Part shown: piece by piece, positions 40,302 through 52,190 of the stretch | Layout: each line of letters starts with the position of its first letter | How positions within the stretch are numbered: position 1 is the first letter of the stretch | DNA from: the human T2T-CHM13v2.0 reference genome, Homo sapiens | NCBI RefSeq assembly: GCF_009914755.1 | Contig: NC_060932.1 | DNA length: 64,000 bases | Strand: one strand, 5' to 3' | Notes under the pieces: generated by a model | What the model was told of the DNA's origin: nothing | The model's input: the letters and a program-made list of their open reading frames with translations, nothing else | Databases searched by the model: none | Translations under genes and position numbers: made by a program

Positions 40302-41400
40302 GGGTTTTCATTGCAAGCGTGCTGGGGAGGGCCTTGTTTCTGAGCTACCACCACCACCATCCATGCAGGGGCGGAGGTGGGACCAGGGAAGCTGGGGCAC
40401 ATTCCCAAGATGGGTGTCTGGCATGGGGGGCTATCCAGGTTTGTTGGGCTCCCGTGAACTTAGGGATCAGGCTGGCAGGGCAGGGCTTGTCCTCATCCCA
40501 TGGGGCATAGGACTGAGGCCAAGAAGGTGCTGTCCAAAGCCCCCTGGGGAGCCAGCCCTTCCTGCTCCGGCCCTCCTGGTTCCCAGCTCTCGAGGCTTGC
40601 AGCCCCATCTACAGATGCCAGCGCCAGGTTCCCGGTTTCCCTCCTTCAGGGATTACCCTGGCGGTCATGCCTCAGACTCTGGGTCTGGCCCTCCAGGCTC
40701 CCAGAGCCTCGGGCAGGGTGCTGGTAGCCATTGGGGGCAGAGGTCAATGGACTGGTGGGTGGACAGGAGGCAGAGAGAGCATGGGGGCTGTTCTGCAGGC
40801 CCTTCAAAAGGGGTGGGGAGAAGTGGGACCCTCCGGGACATAAAGTTGAGTGAGGCGGGGTGTGGCCACGTCCATGCTGTGACCACCTTCCTGGGAGGGT
40901 CCAGAAGGCTCTGAGGGCCAGGGAAGGAGTGGGCAGTTGGAAACAGCTATGAAACCAGCATTTAGTGATGGGGCAGTAGGGCTGGGGAGGGGAAGCAAAC
41001 TTGCTCAGCAAATCTGGGGTCTGTAGCCAGACTGGTTGGCCAGAAGCCTCTGTGCTTTCTCTGGGGTCCTTGGGGGAGGTGGCTCGTGGGGTCGCCACAG
41101 GTGTGTGAGCTGAGTGTTGCCAGACAAGCTTCCCAGTGGGGCTGCAGATGAAGCTGTAGGGATGCCGTCCAGCTGATGGTCCTGACCATCTGCCTGAGCC
41201 CTGGAGCAGGGCGGGGGCCACAGGACAGGGTGCCTGGGCCTTGGGAGGGCACCATGTGATGATGCCACTGCGGTCCCTGGCTCAGCAGCTACCTCTGGGT
41301 CGTGGAAGGCACATTGGCCTGGATAGGGAGTAGGGCTCAGTGACTGGACTAGGAATGAGTGTATCCAGTGCGCATATGGATGTGCGTGCCTGTGTGCATT

Positions 41401-41422
41401 TGTGTGTGTGTGTGTGTGTGTG
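41401..41422. repeat. (TG)n microsatellite
   Basis: About 11 TG units. Confidence 0.9.
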
Positions 41423-42449
41423 CGCACGTGCACGCAGGCAACGGGCAAGCTTCAAGGTGGTTGAATGGGCAGCACCCGCAAGCCTCTGGGGCTTCTCTCT
41501 CCATGCAGAAGCTGAACACCCTGGGCTGTCATAGGCTGGCTCAGAGGAAGGTTTGAGCCAGCAGGGCCCTCTCTTGGTCTTGTTTTTGGAGGACGGGCTG
41601 ACGACAGGACTGGCCCGGGTCAGGGAATGGGTGGCTGGGATTGGAAGTGAACCAGTGCCTTGTCCTGGCGGAGCCACTGGAGCCCACTCTGCTCCTGTGA
41701 GCCTGCCACTCGGAGAAGTTAGAGGGCAGCAACTGCTTCGGCCCGCGTCCTTCCCCCAAGGCCAACAGCTGCAGAATTTCTGCCCCAGCCGCCCCCACCC
41801 CGGGAGGTGTCTGCACAGTGTCCAGGTGTCGGGCCCAGGAAGCCCTTGGTGGATGCTGGTGAAGAAGGGACAGGTACAGGGTATGGGAGTGTGTCCGGAG
41901 GTCCTGGGGTGGTGGCTGTGCATGGGTCCGTCGTCCTGGGGGAGGAGGCACTGTGCCCTCTGATGGCCAGGTGGACAGAGTCACGACTGCTTTGGTGGGT
42001 GTCCCCGGGGCTCACCCTAGGTCAGTTGCCTGCTCAGTCTCAGCATCCAGCCACCGCCTCTGGGCTCAGTCAGCTGACTGGCCACTGTTGTGTCCCCTCA
42101 GGGCCCAGGGACACAGATCCCCACATCTGAGGCCTTGCTGAGTGGAGTTCTACTGTGCCTGGTGTCCGGAATTCTGGGACAGCAGGACCATCGCCCACCT
42201 CATGGATAGGGAAACAGACTAGGGCAGGGAATTCCCAGTATGGCCGCCAGGGGCTCAACGAGGCAGGCCAAAGGGGCTGATTCGTCCCAGGCCCAGGCCG
42301 CCGCTCCCCGCATGACTTCCCCTCTGGACACCTGCGAGTTGGGGGCACCCTTGGGGAGGTGGAGGGTCTTGCTCCTGAGGGCGGGGAGGGACGCCCTGCG
42401 GTCTGCACACCCCTCTCCTTTAGAGATTTCTTAAAGCTGCGGAAGACTA

Positions 42450-43290
42450 GCGCTGGCTGGTCTGACCTCTCCGCGGTAGTGGGGTTCAGAAGGGCCTCTG
42501 CTTCCCCTCCGCGCAGTAGGGCCTAGCGGCACGGGTGGGCGCCCTTCTCCCTCCCCTCCACCGCCACCTCTTGGCGGCTGGCTGCTTCCCCGCCAGCTTT
42601 ACCCACGTCCTGCGACGGTCACGGATGCGACGCCCACTCACCTCCCTAGACCCCGCGCGCCCGGGTGGTGAGCGCCTGGCCTCCGCGAGCCCCACCCCGT
42701 GGGCGCGCCCTCCCGAGGTCCCTCCCTGGCCGTGGCCTCCCCACGCATTTCCTGGGAGGGTCGCGGCGACAGGCAGGGCAGGTGGGCGTCCTCCAGGCCG
42801 GCCGAGAGGGCCAGGGCTCTCTGAACTCTGTGCTGCGGACCCCTACGGTCCAGGCGGCCCAGCTGCGCGCGCAGTGCAGGTTCCGGGCAGAGCGCACAGG
42901 GTCGCCGCGTGCTCGCGGTGCGCGCTCTGGGACGAGTCTTCCTGGCGCGGGTTCCGGGACTCGGGCGCGCGCCCTCTGCTGGCCGTGCGGGCTCAGCATC
43001 GGGGGCCCCTCGCAGGTGCCCTCCCAGGGATAGGGGCACCTGCTGAGCCTTCACCACTCCGCTCCCAAAGAGCCTGGAGGCCTCATCCCCATTGTGCCGC
43101 TGGGGACGCTGCCAGAGATGCGGCGACTTCTTGCTCCGTCCCCCTGGTGAGGCCAAGGCCCTGCCCCCTTGGCTCCAATCGAGGCCCGGGTGAGGCCCTT
43201 GGAGGTCCGGCCATGACCCAGGGGACGGGCCCTAACCGGAAGCCACGCCGCCGGCCCGGTGCTGGCCAACGGGGAGGCCCGGGGTAGCCC
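42450..43290. promoter_or_regulatory. Orphan CpG island between the THEM6 and SLURP1 3' ends
   Basis: Sharp local CpG enrichment with no recognisable CDS. Confidence 0.75.
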
Positions 43291-44354
43291 TTCAAGGGGG
43301 CCTCTCTGGCAGCTTTCTCTGGTCGGGGCTGCTCCCCAGGGACAGCATTTAATTCCTGGTATTTCTGGGAGGGCGTAGAGGTAGGGGGTGGGTTCTGACA
43401 TCTGGGCCCTTCATAGACAGAGGTGGGCTCTCACAGGGGTCCTAGGCGACCCCCGCCACTGCCCTGGTTACTCCCGCATGCTCCTCGGGTATGCCCAGCT
43501 GGTCTGACCACAGCCTGCTGCATACCGCTCCCACCCCAGCAGGCACAGGTGCCCACAAGACCCCACGGGCGTGACCCAGCTGATGTGTGGGGCCTTAGAA
43601 CCCAAGACCTAGCTGGGCAGCGCTTAGATGGTGTGCAGCCCAGGAGACACCAGGGGACTGGGGCCTGGAGAGGGGCAGTGTCCAGGGGTGGCTCAGGCCC
43701 ACAGCAGCCCGTGCTCCCCGTTGGCTCTGCCCACCTGCCGACAGGGGTGACAGTGGCACAGAGCACTGTGACTGTGATGGGACAGCCAGGGCCAGGAAGA
43801 GGGGGAAGCGAGCCTGGAAGTCAGGTCTCCTGGGTCCTGAGAACCCGGGGCTCCTCCGCTAATCTCAGCTGTCCCAAGGGGACAGTGGGCAGTTGTCAGA
43901 GGAGGTGACTGAAACCGTGGAGCTGTGTGGTACCAGCAGGCCCAGGTGCACACACCCAGGAAGACCCCTTGGGCTGGGCAGGCAGAGCCAGATGTATCCA
44001 CCCTTGGAGGAAAGTGGATGCCAACTCTGAGCTTCCTTCCCTCTCTAGGGTGGGAGCGATGTCTCCAGGGTTTACAGGGGAGATTCTTAGCGGGAGATGT
44101 TCCCTGGGCTAGGGTACAGGTCCTGGTCTGAGATGCCAGGCTAGTTTGCATCAGGAAAGGGGCCCAGGAGGCATTTCTTCCCCTAAGTCTCTGTTTTCCT
44201 ATCTGTGAAATGGGTCACAGAGGCTCTGGGTGAGAGGGAGGAGCAGGTGCCTAGAATGTGCTGTCCTTCAGCCTGGCTCTCCTGAAGGCCAGTTCTGTAG
44301 GGTGTCAGTGCCCAGGAAGGACAAAAGTCATGTCCACTCTTGGCTTAGTTATGT

Positions 44355-44360
44355 TTTATA
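44355..44360 (-). terminator. Candidate SLURP1 polyA signal (variant TATAAA)
   Basis: Only PAS-like hexamer seen near the stop, about 170 nt downstream. Confidence 0.55.
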
Positions 44361-44531
44361 AGCGTGGGGTATGGAAGGCAGAGGGCGCCCCTGGTGTGCT
44401 TCTCTCCCCTCAGACCCCATGAGTGAGCTGTGCCACAGCAGCAGGAAGCAGGGGGAGGTGATCACAGGTGGAGCCAGGCCCCGTCAGAGAGGAGGTGCCT
44501 GAGGAGCACCTTCCGCCCTGCCGCCCTGGGT

Positions 44532-44665
44532 TCAGAGTTCCGAGTTGCAGAGGTCTCGGAAGCAGCAGAAGATCAGGTGGGCGGCCCCGATGCTGTCGGG
44601 GTCGGTGGCCACACAGGAGCTGGAGCAGGAGCGGGTCACCACGGGGCTCTGGTTGAAGGGGTACT
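44532..44665 (-). CDS. SLURP1: SLURP1 exon 3
   Basis: CTGCAG acceptor; EYPFNQSPVVTRSCSSSCVATDPDSIGAAHLIFCCFRDLCNSEL*; no GPI tail (secreted); 134 nt. Confidence 0.97.
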
Positions 44666-45191
44666 CTGCAGGGTGGGCCAGTGTCAGAACCCTCACTCCC
44701 CTGCAGCGCCTGCCTGCTGCTGCACTGCTCCCAGCCGCCGTCGCCTGACCTCACCCTCCCTGTGATCCCTGTTCCCAATAGTCCACATCTGTGAAGCCAC
44801 CCAGGGCCCAGCCCTCCTCTGACTGTGACCTGTTCATGAATTATTAGGCCTTGTCAGACCTCTGAAGTGCCTGCGCTGAGATGGGAGCCCGAGCCCAGAG
44901 GCTGTGGCAACACCACCCAGTGGGTCTGTGTCAGAGCTGGGGTTTGAGCCCCCCAGGGTACCCCGGCCATTAAGCCCCACCCACCTCCAGCGCCTGGTGC
45001 CCCAGGACTGGGTCTCTGAGGGGGCTGTGCCACCCTCGTGGAAGGCACCCCTGCCAAGGTGTGGCAGCCTGTTCTGCCCATCCCACCTGCTGCCTTTTGG
45101 GCCGGGAGGAGCACCAGCAAAGGAGGGAGGCACTTGGGGGAGGTGGCCCTGACTCCAGTGCACCCAGGGCTGCCGTGGGGCCTGGCCTCAC

Positions 45192-45311
45192 CTGCCTCCA
45201 CCGTCACCAGCGTGGTCATGCAGGCTGTGTCCTCTGGCTTGCAGCGGGTAATGGTCCTGCAGGAAGCACTGGTCATGGGCTCCTTGCAGGTGTAGCACTT
45301 GAGGGCCTCAC
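45192..45311 (-). CDS. SLURP1: SLURP1 exon 2
   Basis: CCCAG acceptor; EALKCYTCKEPMTSASCRTITRCKPEDTACMTTLVTVEA; donor G|GTGAGG; 120 nt. Confidence 0.97.
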
Positions 45312-45716
45312 CTGGGTGAGGGATGGGGGCAGAACCTCATCACCTGACCTCGGTGGCCTCATCCTGGAACCAGGAGGCAGGGGCTGAAGGAGTCTCGCTG
45401 ACATCTTTCAAGGCCCCGGGCAGCCCTTCAAGGGGCCTCTCTGGCAGCTTTCTCTAACTGAGCTGAGCCACAGACTTGAATGCTGCATCCCTCCACCAAG
45501 CCTCAGTCTCCCTTCCTGCAGAGTGGAGCCGTGACCCCTGTCCCAGGGTGAAGCTGGGCTCTGGGACCCAGGAGGCTCACTGAGAATGAGGAGGGTGAGC
45601 CTCATGGAGGCCTAAGGAGGCTCTCAGCCACAAAGCACCCCCAACAGCCCCATCCCCCTAGGAGGTGGGCAGACAAGCTCAGAGGCAGGGTCCCCACCAG
45701 CCTGCGGCCCACTCAC

Positions 45717-45774
45717 CACAGCCCATGCTCCAGGCTGCCACGAGCAGCAGCTGCACAGCCCAGCGAGAGGCCAT
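45717..45774 (-). CDS. SLURP1: SLURP1 exon 1 (signal peptide)
   Basis: GCA ATG G; MASRWAVQLLLVAAWSMGC; donor G|GTGAGT; 58+120+134=312 nt = 103 aa plus stop. Confidence 0.97.
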
Positions 45775-45822
45775 TGCTCCGTGCTCAGAAGTGATGAGAG
45801 GTAGCCAGCCTCACATCAAGGA

Positions 45823-45883
45823 TTTATAGCCAGGCCCTTGGGCACCGGCTTCTGGGCGGTGGCAGAACCGGCCGTGTGAGTCA
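45823..45883 (-). promoter_or_regulatory. SLURP1 core promoter: TATA box and AP-1 site
   Basis: TATAAA (minus strand) at 45823-45828, about 50 nt upstream of the ATG; TGAGTCA at 45877-45883. Confidence 0.8.
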
Positions 45884-46729
45884 GGAACGTGGTAAAGGGC
45901 CCAGTGGGGAGGCAGCTGGCAGGAACATGGCAGACGGGCAGGGAGCTGGATCTGGGAGCTCTGTCTGAGGACGATGGCCAGGCCTCTGCTTGCACACCTC
46001 CAACACTGGGGAACTCACTGTTCCTCAGCCATGTCCAGTGGTCCTGGGACAGCTCTGACAGAGAAGGCCTTTCCTGCTGAGCTCAGACTGCCCCTCTGAT
46101 GAGCCCCCATGTCCTGGCTGTGCCTCTGGGGTTCACATAGGCCACCCAGCCCCAGCCTGGGGGACCCTTAAGACCCAGGTTCAGTGTGGCCTCTGCCCTT
46201 GTTGCTCTAGCCCCGCCTGGCACCCCTTCCCTGCAGCCTGGCCTGCAGCCCTCTCCACAGACCTCTACCTGGTCTGTGTACACCTGATACACACCTGCAA
46301 AGTAGAAACCAGAGGTAGGAAGCAGGTGTCAGGTGAGGGTAGCATGGGCCAGCTAGACCACTCTCAGGCTGACAAGGTTGGGCCCAGGAGTGGCCCCTCA
46401 TCACTGCCAGCCCCTTCCCACTAATGGCCTTTAGACCAAACCTGAGTTTCTTGATTTTAGGCGCCTGACAATAAGGTTCTGCTCACCCTCCAGCCTCCTG
46501 GCCTGACTGTGTTGTCTGCTCTTTACTGCGTGCCCCCCACGACACCCTGTTCCACACGCATGCCTGCCTATGCCATACCGCTCAATGACCACATTGCCTG
46601 GTCTCCCATCTGATGTCCCACATCTTCCCCATGCTGTGAGACCCACTAAGGTGCCCCTCTCCACAGTCCTTCCAGGTATACCAGCCTCTCTGGTTTCTCT
46701 GTCCTGTGATGTCCCAATGGGTGGTTGTA

Positions 46730-48690
46730 TAGATGGATGAGTTGATGGATGGATGGATGGGGGATGGATGAATGGGGGATGAATAGGCGATGGATAGGGG
46801 ATGGATGGATAGATGGGTGGGGGATGGATGGGTAAATGAATGGGAGATGGATGGGTGGATGCATGAGTGGATGGGTGGATGGATGGGTAGATGGATTAGT
46901 GGGGGATGAATATGGGATGGATGGATGGATGGTAAGAGATGGATAGGAAATGGGTGAAGGATGTATGGGTGGATAAGTTGGGGATGAATGGAGGATGGGT
47001 GGGGGATGGATGCATAGATGGATGGATAGGTGGATGGATGGATGGATGGGTGGATGGATGGGTAGATGGATGAGTGGGGGATGAATATGGGATGGATGGG
47101 GGATGGATGGTTGGATGGATGGGGGATGGATGGGAAATGGGTGGAGGATGGATGGGTGGATGGGTGGGGGATGAATGGAGGATGGGTTGGGGATGGTTGG
47201 GTGGATGGATGGATGGGTGGATGGATGGGTAGCTGATGAGTGGGGGATGAATATGGGATGGATGGGTGGATGGTGGGAGATGGATGGGAAATGGGTGGAG
47301 GATGTATGGGTGGATGGGTCAGGGATGAATGAAGGATGGGTGGGGGATGGATGGATGGATGGATGGATGGGTGGATGGATGGGTGGATGGATGAGTGGGG
47401 GATGAATATGGAATGGATGAGGGATGGATGGGGAATGGGTGGAGGATGTATGGGTGGATGGGTGGGGGATGAGTGGAGGATGAGTGGGGGATGGATAGAT
47501 GGCTGGATGGGTAGATGGATAGATGGATGGATGGGTGGATGGATGGGGGATGGATAGGAAATGGGTGGAGGATGTATGGGTGGATGGGTAGGGGATGAAT
47601 AGAGGATGGGTGGGGGATGGATGGATAGATGGATGGATGGATAGATGGATGGATGGGTAGATGGATGAGTGGGGGATGAATATGGAATGGATGGGGGATG
47701 GATTGGATGGATGGGGGATGAATGGGAAATGGGTGAAGGATATATGGGTGGATGGGTGGGGGATGAGTGGAGGATGGGTGGATGGATGGGTGGATGGATG
47801 AGTGGGGGATGAATATGGGATGGATAGATGGATGGATGGGTGGATAGATGGGGGATGGATGGGAAATGGGTGGAGGATGTATGGGTGGATGGGTGGGGGA
47901 TGAGTGGAGGATGAGTGGGGGATGGATAGGTGGCTGGATGGGTAGATGGATAGATGGATGGATGGGTGGATGGATGGATGGGTGGATGGATGGGTAGATG
48001 GATAAGTGGAGGATGAATATGGGATGGATGGGGGATGGATGGGGAATGGGTGGAGGATGTATGGGTGGACGGGTGGGGGATGAGTGGAGGATGGGTGGGG
48101 GATGGATAGATGGATGGATGGGTGGATGGATGGATGGGTGGATGGATGGGTAGATGGATGAGTGAGGGATGAATATGGGATGGATGGGGGATGGATGGGG
48201 AATGGGTGGAGGATATATGGGTGGATGGGTGGGGGATGGATAGATGGATGGGTGGGGGATGGATAGATGGATGGGTGGGGGATGAATGGAGGATGGGTGG
48301 GGGATGGATAGATGGATGGATGGGTGGATGGATGGGTAGATGGATAAGTGGGGGATGGATGGGTGGATGGGTGGGGGATGGATGGGGAATGGGTGGAGGA
48401 TGGATGGGTGGATGCGTGGGGGATGAGGGGAGGATGAGTGGATGGATGGGGACGGATGGGTGGATGGGCAGAGGATGGGTGGGTGGATGCATGGATGGAT
48501 GTTGGATAGATGTGTGGATGGATGGATTTCAGAAGGATGGATGGATGGAGGATGGGTGGATAGGTGGGTGGAGGATGGATGGATGAATGGGGGCAAGATG
48601 GGTGGATGGATTATTAAATGAATGACATTTGAGAGAGTTGATGTGTGAAAAAATGAATGAATGGATGGGAGAATTCAGGGATGGAGGGAT
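46730..48690. repeat. Complex (GGAT/GGGT)n satellite-like array
   Basis: About 2 kb of TGGA-derived units, almost no C on the + strand. Confidence 0.97.
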
Positions 48691-50049
48691 GGGTGGCTAT
48701 AAAAGTGGCGGCAGACAAATGTGTAGTGAATGGGCCCTTCCGAGGCAGAATTCGATGCTGGAAGGAGCTCTGGGCTGGCACCAGGAGTCCTGGGTTCTGG
48801 TCTTGGCCTACTGCTCTCTCCATTTGTGGCCTTGGTGTGGCCCCTTTTTCCTTCCAGTCTTTGGTTTTCTGTTTGTAGTTGTGAAAGCTGAAGTGACCTG
48901 GCCTTGTGGGCTGAGGTGAGTTGTGTGAGGCTGTGGGATGGTTGCAAGAAAGCCAAGGGAGGGCGTAGTTACTGCAAATCAAACAAAGGGGCTGACATGG
49001 GTTGGTGCACAGATGGCAACCAAGAGCAGCCTCTCCCCAGGGCTTGGTCCACAGACACACCCAGGTGTTTCGAGAGGAGTCAGAGACTGTCCGGTTCTGG
49101 AGCCTGAGCTCCACCCGGCCTCCCGTGAAGCCCATGTCTACTCACAAGGACTCTCACCCCACGTTCTTTCATCTATAAACTGGTCAGGGGAACATCTGCC
49201 AGAGGGTGGTTGTGAAAACTAGCAAGTATCTGGCAAAGGATGGGCCTCCATCAAGCTTTCAACTCAGCTCTGTGCTGATCACAGTGCAGGTGTACTTGGG
49301 GCAGAGGTGGGCGGATGCTGAGGACAGGGGTACTGCTCTCAGCTGCTGCTCACATTGGCTTTGAAAGGGAGGGAAGTCCTCAGAGGGTGCTCTGGGTGGG
49401 AGTAGCAGCCAGCAGAGGGGCACAGGCAGCCTTTCCGCTGTGTGGGAAGAGTGGGCACTAACTTGGCCCATCCCTGAGCCCAGCACCCTATTGGCAGGTG
49501 GAAAAGCAGCACTGTGTCAGACACAACTCAAGCAGGGAGAATTTATGCCCTAGTTAGGTGACTGCCCTCCCCTCCTCCTGCCTCTCCATGAATCCACACC
49601 TTTTCCCGACATGTGGAACCAGGAGACCAGGTTTTTTGAAGGCAGCTCAATCCCCCAAACCCCAGAGTTCTCATCCATGATAGGCCTGCAGCACTGAGCC
49701 AGTTCACACCAAGCCCCAGCTATCTGCCATGTCAGCCCGGTCTCTTTCCCAGAGGCCTGGCCCTTTCTCCTTGGCTACACTCTCCACCCTCCACTCAGAG
49801 AGACCAGCTAAAATGCAAACTGGCTTATGGCACTGCTCTTCCCAGAAACGCTCCCTGGCTCTCCACTGCCTTCAGCATGCAGTCAAAAAGCCCCACCACC
49901 ACTGTTGGTGTTTGATGCTTGCCCTGTCTGGGCTGGCCTGAGGGACTACTGGACTGTCATCTCCTCAAGTAGAACATGTTTCCATTCCTCTAAGAATCCT
50001 TCTCCCACAGCCTGGGTCTGACCATGCTGACTGTTGAGCAGCATTTGCT

Positions 50050-50610
50050 GGAGGATGGATGGATGGATGGATGGGTGGATAGATAGATGGGGGATGGATG
50101 GAGGATGGATGGATGGATGGATGGGGAGATGGAAGGGGGATAGATGGATGAATGGGTAGGTGCATGGGTGGATGGATGGGGGATGGATGGATGAATGGGT
50201 GGGTGCATGCATGGATGGATGGGTGAGTGGATGGATGGGTGGGTGGATGGATGGGGGACAGAAGAGGGATAGATGCAGGGGTGGGTGGATGGGTCGATGG
50301 ATGGGGGATGAATGGATGAGTGAATGAATGGAGACTGGACAGAAGACGGATGGATGGGTGGATGGATGAGTGGATGGATGGATGGTGGATGGATGAGTGA
50401 ATGGATGGATGGATAGATAAATGGATAGGGGATGGGTGGATGGATGGAGAGAGTGATGGATGGGTGGGTGGGCATATGGGTAGAAGGATGGATAGGTGAA
50501 TAATGTATGGCTAAAAGGGGAGATGGATGGATGAGTGGGTGGGTGGAGGAGGGATGGATGGATGGATGGATGGATGGATGGATGGATGGATGAATGGATG
50601 GATGGATGAG
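50050..50610. repeat. (GGAT)n degenerate array
   Basis: TGGA-derived units, pure run near 50552-50590. Confidence 0.95.
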
Positions 50611-51889
50611 TAGTTAAAGACAGGCTTAATGTTGTTTCTTCCAAGGTGACCCAGGATGGGTATTTGTGGGCATTCAGGTTGACTTCTCCCCAGGGTACAA
50701 ATGCTCTTGCAGCCTCTCTGACAAAACTTAGCACAGGTTTGGACACCTCTGGGAATGGGAATCTTACTCCTTCTCAGGGCAGTACCTGCCCCACTGGGAC
50801 AGACCTGTTTCAGGCCTTCTTCCATGGGAGCTCAGACTTGCCAGTCTGACACCCGCAGCCTTGGTTCTGACCCTGTATCCAGGCTGCAGAGCCAATTACA
50901 TCTCACAGGCGAGTCTGATAGCTAGTCAAGTTCCTTGGAGGATTGAGGTTTTTTGCATAGACAGGCACTGAGTGAGCTCTCAGGTTTGGCTGCTGATTTA
51001 ACAGTGGGCTAGGGTAGAGAGGGGGAGGCAAGGAGCTGGAGGTGGCTGTGATAGCTACCCAGGGACATTGGCTGGTGGCTTAGATGGCATGATGACAGTG
51101 GGCACAGGGCTGAGGCCGAGGAAGATGTCCTGGCAGTGGGGTGGGGGGATTGCTAATGCTGAGTTATGGGAGGTGGTGGCTGAGGTCCTGAGGGTGCTTT
51201 GTCCTCTTGAAGGTTAGTGCTGGGCTCCAGCCTTGTCCTGACTGTATTGTCTGCATTTGAGATCCAGACATCCCTGCCCTGGGGTGGGCTGGGCCCTGCT
51301 CCCTGAGGAAGTGTGGCAGGTGTTCATCCTGTTCTGGAAGGTCGCAGCAGATGGCCTTGGGGAAGTCAGGAGTAGAAGAGAAAAAGAGGACGGCTGGCAA
51401 GGTGGTCTCATCATTCCTCTGATTTCAGGGCCAGATGTAATGGGGCCAGGGCAGAGGGTGCTAGAGCTGGCAGTTCCTAGAGAGGAGCAGAGCCCACTCC
51501 ATCAGCCCGCCAGGGGTGGGAGTGGCCTGCACCACCAGACACTGAGTTCAACTGCTCCCCTCGCCTGCCTGCTCCTGGCTCCTCTTCTAACCAAAATCTG
51601 GAACCACTGGCTCTTCCTCTTCCCATCAAGCCATGTCCTGCCCTGCCCATTTCTACAGGCTGTGAAACTGCCCAGGGCACTGCACTGGTGGGGCCCTGGG
51701 TCCCTGCCCTGGCACCTCACTATAAGCCTCTCCTACCCCACTGGCAAGCTGAGGAGTAAGCCTGGATGAAGGACTTGGGTCATAGGGAATCTCAGGGACA
51801 GGTACCCAAAAGGTGGCATCATGGATGGTGAGGTTAAGGTCAAAGATAGGGCTCTAAGGCTTGGATTGGGCCTCACTCATAGCCTGTGC

Positions 51890-52190
51890 TTGGGCCTGAG
51901 CTGAGCCCCTTTCCCTATCATTGACTGAAGCCTTTTCCTGATCACACAATCACACACTGAGCCTGGACCCTAGTTACAGATTGAATCCTGATCCTTGGCC
52001 CTTGACTGAGTCATACTCCGTGGCTGAGCCACAGGCTCACACATGGAGCCAGGACATCAATCATAGATCAAGGCCTGGCACTGCTTACAGACTGAGCCCT
52101 GATCAATGGCCAAAGACTAAGCCCTGATCCTGATTCCAGGCTGAGCCCTGATCCTGTTTCCAGGCTGAGTCCTGATCTCTGGTCACAGAT
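51890..52190 (-). repeat. Degenerate minisatellite of about 24 bp (CTGAGCCCTGATC core)
   Basis: Repeated CTGAGCCCTGATC / CTAAGCCCTGATCC / CTGAGTCCTGATC, clearest at 52090-52180. Confidence 0.65.

Noticed and set aside
41282-41923. Cys-containing ORF with ...RSSCCPLTS as a possible hidden Ly6 gene
   Set aside because: Lacks the terminal CN, the LU Cys spacing, a signal-peptide exon and matching splice sites
46582-48596. 636-aa and 425-aa His/Pro/Ser/Ile-rich ORFs (also 49946-50746)
   Set aside because: Translations of the (ATCC)n strand of GGAT arrays, which rarely contains stop codons; no gene structure
49259-49340. Faint nucleotide resemblance to LYPD2 exon 3 (CAGTACCCC, GCATCCGCCCACCTCTGCCC, ACAGAGCTG)
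   Set aside because: Short gapped matches in GC-rich DNA and no CCxxxxCN motif; consistent with chance
51230-51400. Possible decayed Ly6 exon 2 (pyrimidine tract, AAG| then AICCD... on the minus strand at 51355)
   Set aside because: Wrong phase (0 instead of 1), Cys spacing needs frameshifts, and no donor about 120 nt downstream; an LU-domain HMM or tBLASTn hit would be needed to revive it
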